DNA of 64,000 nucleotides from Owenia fusiformis (Eukaryota): NCBI GenBank assembly GCA_903813345.2, contig CAIIXF020000001.1, positions 29,140,001 to 29,204,000 of the forward strand, read 5' to 3'. Shown piece by piece: positions 62,101 to 64,000 of this stretch (position 1 is its first letter; each line of letters starts with the position of its first letter). The notes under the pieces were generated by a model. It saw only the letters and a program-made list of their open reading frames with translations, ran no database searches and was not told where the DNA came from. The position numbers and the translations under genes were made by a program.

Positions 62101-64000
62101 AAAATGAGGACTTGATAAAGGGGATTGCTTTCAATACTTCACTTGAATGATATTTTTAGTAGATCATCTTATTAGTAATAGACTATAACCACTATTGGCA
62201 ATCATAACTAGGATATGTTCTATATTGAATGTACAATGAATTGCAGGTGCCTATGATGTCCATTCCTTCAATAGTTTCTCCAGATCCTAGAGTTCAATCT
62301 ACACCATACACAACACTGACACCTGGCTCAGAGAATGGTTATGTGTCCGTGTCTGAATGGTCTGAGGGTGGTTCAGAAGTAAGAACATTTATTTTACATC
62401 TTCACTGCTTAATTTATTTTAATAAATGTATCTACCGCTAAGCAATCCCGGGATATACACTGAATGATACAAACGCTGTAAACAATATATTATAAATCAT
62501 TTATTTAATGCTCGGTGTTGGATACAGGATATAACCCTTGGGAAATACAAAATATCTACTCTCAGTCCCAATGGTCTATTGGGTAGATATAGTGTATTTC
62601 CTTCAGGATATACCCTGTATTAAAAATCACCCATTAAATATCCTTCATATATTTTATATCTCGTTAATATTACCTTATTTTATAAGTTATTTTTTTATTA
62701 TATTCCAGTCAATATTATTACACTGAATTATAATTTATCTTTCAGTCAAGATTACACTCACAGGTTAGCGTGGTTACTCAGAGTACAGATATCTCCAGTG
62801 ACATGGAGGACAATGTTTTCCCTCAGACCCCAGAACCAACAAGCAACAATGCTCTGTTTATGATATGTGAGGAACCACAGCCTAGATTCCCTATACCAGT
62901 CCTTGATGGTGCTGAAGCTAATGGATCCCCTATTCAGATTCCTGTTGGTGCTACTTTGGGTGTTGAGGAAGGCTACTTAGAACCACAACGTACAAACCAC
63001 CATGAATATACTAATGATGATGCATCGAGAAGAATATTGGACCAACAGTTGCCACATATAGTAGGAGCCCCAGCGAGCAGAGTAGATACATTCTCCACAT
63101 CTCCCAATCATTCCACCACTAACTCTCCTATATCTCCTCTCAGTTCAGGAATGGGATCCCCTTCTCCATCGTCAGCGGGATATGCTGTATACGGAGGACC
63201 AAGCAGCGGGGAGGCTGCGCAGCACAGTCCAACATCACAAAGCGCAGGGGTTGACAACCCATTATACATTTCGGATTTCGGAAAGAATCATGAGGAGGAT
63301 AGACCACAACATATAGTTCCTAATGAAAGAGACAACATTGATCATCCAATAGCCATTACACAAAACCCTGGCTATATTGATCATCCTCCAACAACCATTA
63401 CACAAAACCCTGGCTATATTGATCATCCTCCAACAGCCATTACACAAAACCCTGGCTATATTGATCATCCTCCAAAAATTACGCAAAATTCTGACTATAC
63501 TGATCATCCTCCAACAATTACACAAAACCCTGACTTTATTGATCATCCTCCAACAATTACGCAAAACTCTGACTATATTGATCATTCTGCAGCTTTGCTT
63601 CAAAATCCAGGTTATGTTGACCATCTTGCAGCATTGGGTAATACCCCAAACCTTGTAAATCAACCTAAAGACTGTTGTGAGAATGCAGGCTATACTGATA
63701 ATGATGGGCTTTTAAACAATGGAAACAATGTCTCACATTTTACCATCACTCAAAATCCAGAATATTTTGATGCTTCAATTACTGAAGTTAAAGATAATGG
63801 TCACACTGAGGCTAGTATGCAGAACTCTGACTATATTGATCATAATACACCTGCTACCATGGATACAGGCTATGTTGATCATAATGTAGCTGCTACCATG
63901 GATACTGGTAATGTTGACCATAATGTGAAGATTTCCATGGAACCAGGCTATGTTGATCATAATGCAAAAGTCGTCACCCCTGATCAAAGTATTGTTGCCT
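50154..64000 (+). CDS. Class I cytokine receptor, gp130/Domeless-like (paralog B): signal peptide, Ig, cytokine-binding module, 3 FN3, TM, long Tyr-rich tail; last exon open at window edge
   Basis: Phase-consistent GT-AG exons: 50154-50241, 50734-50873, 51009-51213, 51694-51823, 52757-52929, 53643-53779, 56185-56338, 57084-57392, 57785-57912, 58522-58678, 60161-60316, 60829-60972, 61255-61351 (TM), 61751-61793, 62247-62378, 62746->64000. Motifs C-x10-C-x-W, GYPSIPS (WSxWS position), SSGFQWARC (Dome-like), Box1-like PKITVP. Confidence 0.85.
52978..53373. mobile_element. TA-flanked Tc1/mariner-type MITE with a nested second MITE (53062-53265)
   Basis: Outer TACAGTAAAACCT...AGGTTTCACTGTA; inner CAGTGATC...GATCACTG. 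A related outer copy is at ~39376-39550. Confidence 0.6.
54031..55753 (+). mobile_element. HINE/Helentron-like element with ~130-bp tandem array
   Basis: 5' TTATGTCACCACC..GTGGTGACATA hairpin, (GGCGTCC)n, about 11 copies of a TTCAAAATCATCTACATGTTCTCAGAAATTCAAATCTGACTTTAGATTTGAC unit, 3' GGTGGTGACATTTTGTCATGTTAATGCCTTG. Short relatives at ~41978-42080, 51490-51540, 58300-58435, 60338-60435. Confidence 0.75.
58110..58215 (+). repeat. 3' end of a 5'-truncated retroposon with (AAACT)n tail
   Basis: AATAAA followed by ACTAAACTAAACTAAACT. Confidence 0.4.
58836..59958 (+). mobile_element. HINE/Helentron-like element with (GTCC)n microsatellite and ~110-bp tandem repeats
   Basis: Subterminal inverted repeat ATCCCATCGAAC (58838) / GTTCGATGGGAT (59922-59933), CCGT microsatellite, four AAAAGTAGTGGAGCGATTTTGTTCATA units, 3' hairpin. 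Confidence 0.75.
63337..63965 (+). repeat. Coding minisatellite (36-42 bp units) in the receptor cytoplasmic exon
   Basis: Units encode ITQNPGYIDHPP(T)-like peptides, then MDTGYVDHN-like peptides. Confidence 0.9.

Noticed and set aside
63262-63987. Minus-strand and alternative-frame repetitive ORFs listed in the ORF track
   Set aside because: Shadows of the coding minisatellite; the frame in phase with the 62746 acceptor is the likely real one.

Overview
AT-rich animal (invertebrate, probably lophotrochozoan) genomic DNA with spliceosomal introns. Host genes: (1) a minus-strand gp130/Domeless-like class I cytokine receptor (5 coding exons at 765-8619, running off the left edge) with a full-length antisense CR1-clade LINE in one intron; (2) a complete 6-exon purple acid phosphatase (ACP5/TRAP-like) on the minus strand; (3) a plus-strand paralogous cytokine receptor (16 coding exons from 50154, open at the right edge) whose cytoplasmic tail is a tandem array of NPxY/GY(I/V)DH tyrosine motifs. 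Between them lies an intact, apparently very young 11.7-kb Ty3/gypsy element (1751-bp LTRs, CTAC TSD, tRNA-Leu PBS, -1 frameshift heptamer plus pseudoknot). Main finding: this element appears to encode a spliced accessory gene. A 15-codon exon inside the 5' LTR joins across gag-pol to a 3' exon, giving a 184-aa protein with two C2H2 zinc fingers, an NLS and an acidic VP16-like tail, i.e. a candidate self-encoded transactivator as in complex retroviruses. The rest contains HINE/Helentron-like satellite-carrying elements, MITEs and foldbacks. All gene models were read by eye and have no transcript or database support.
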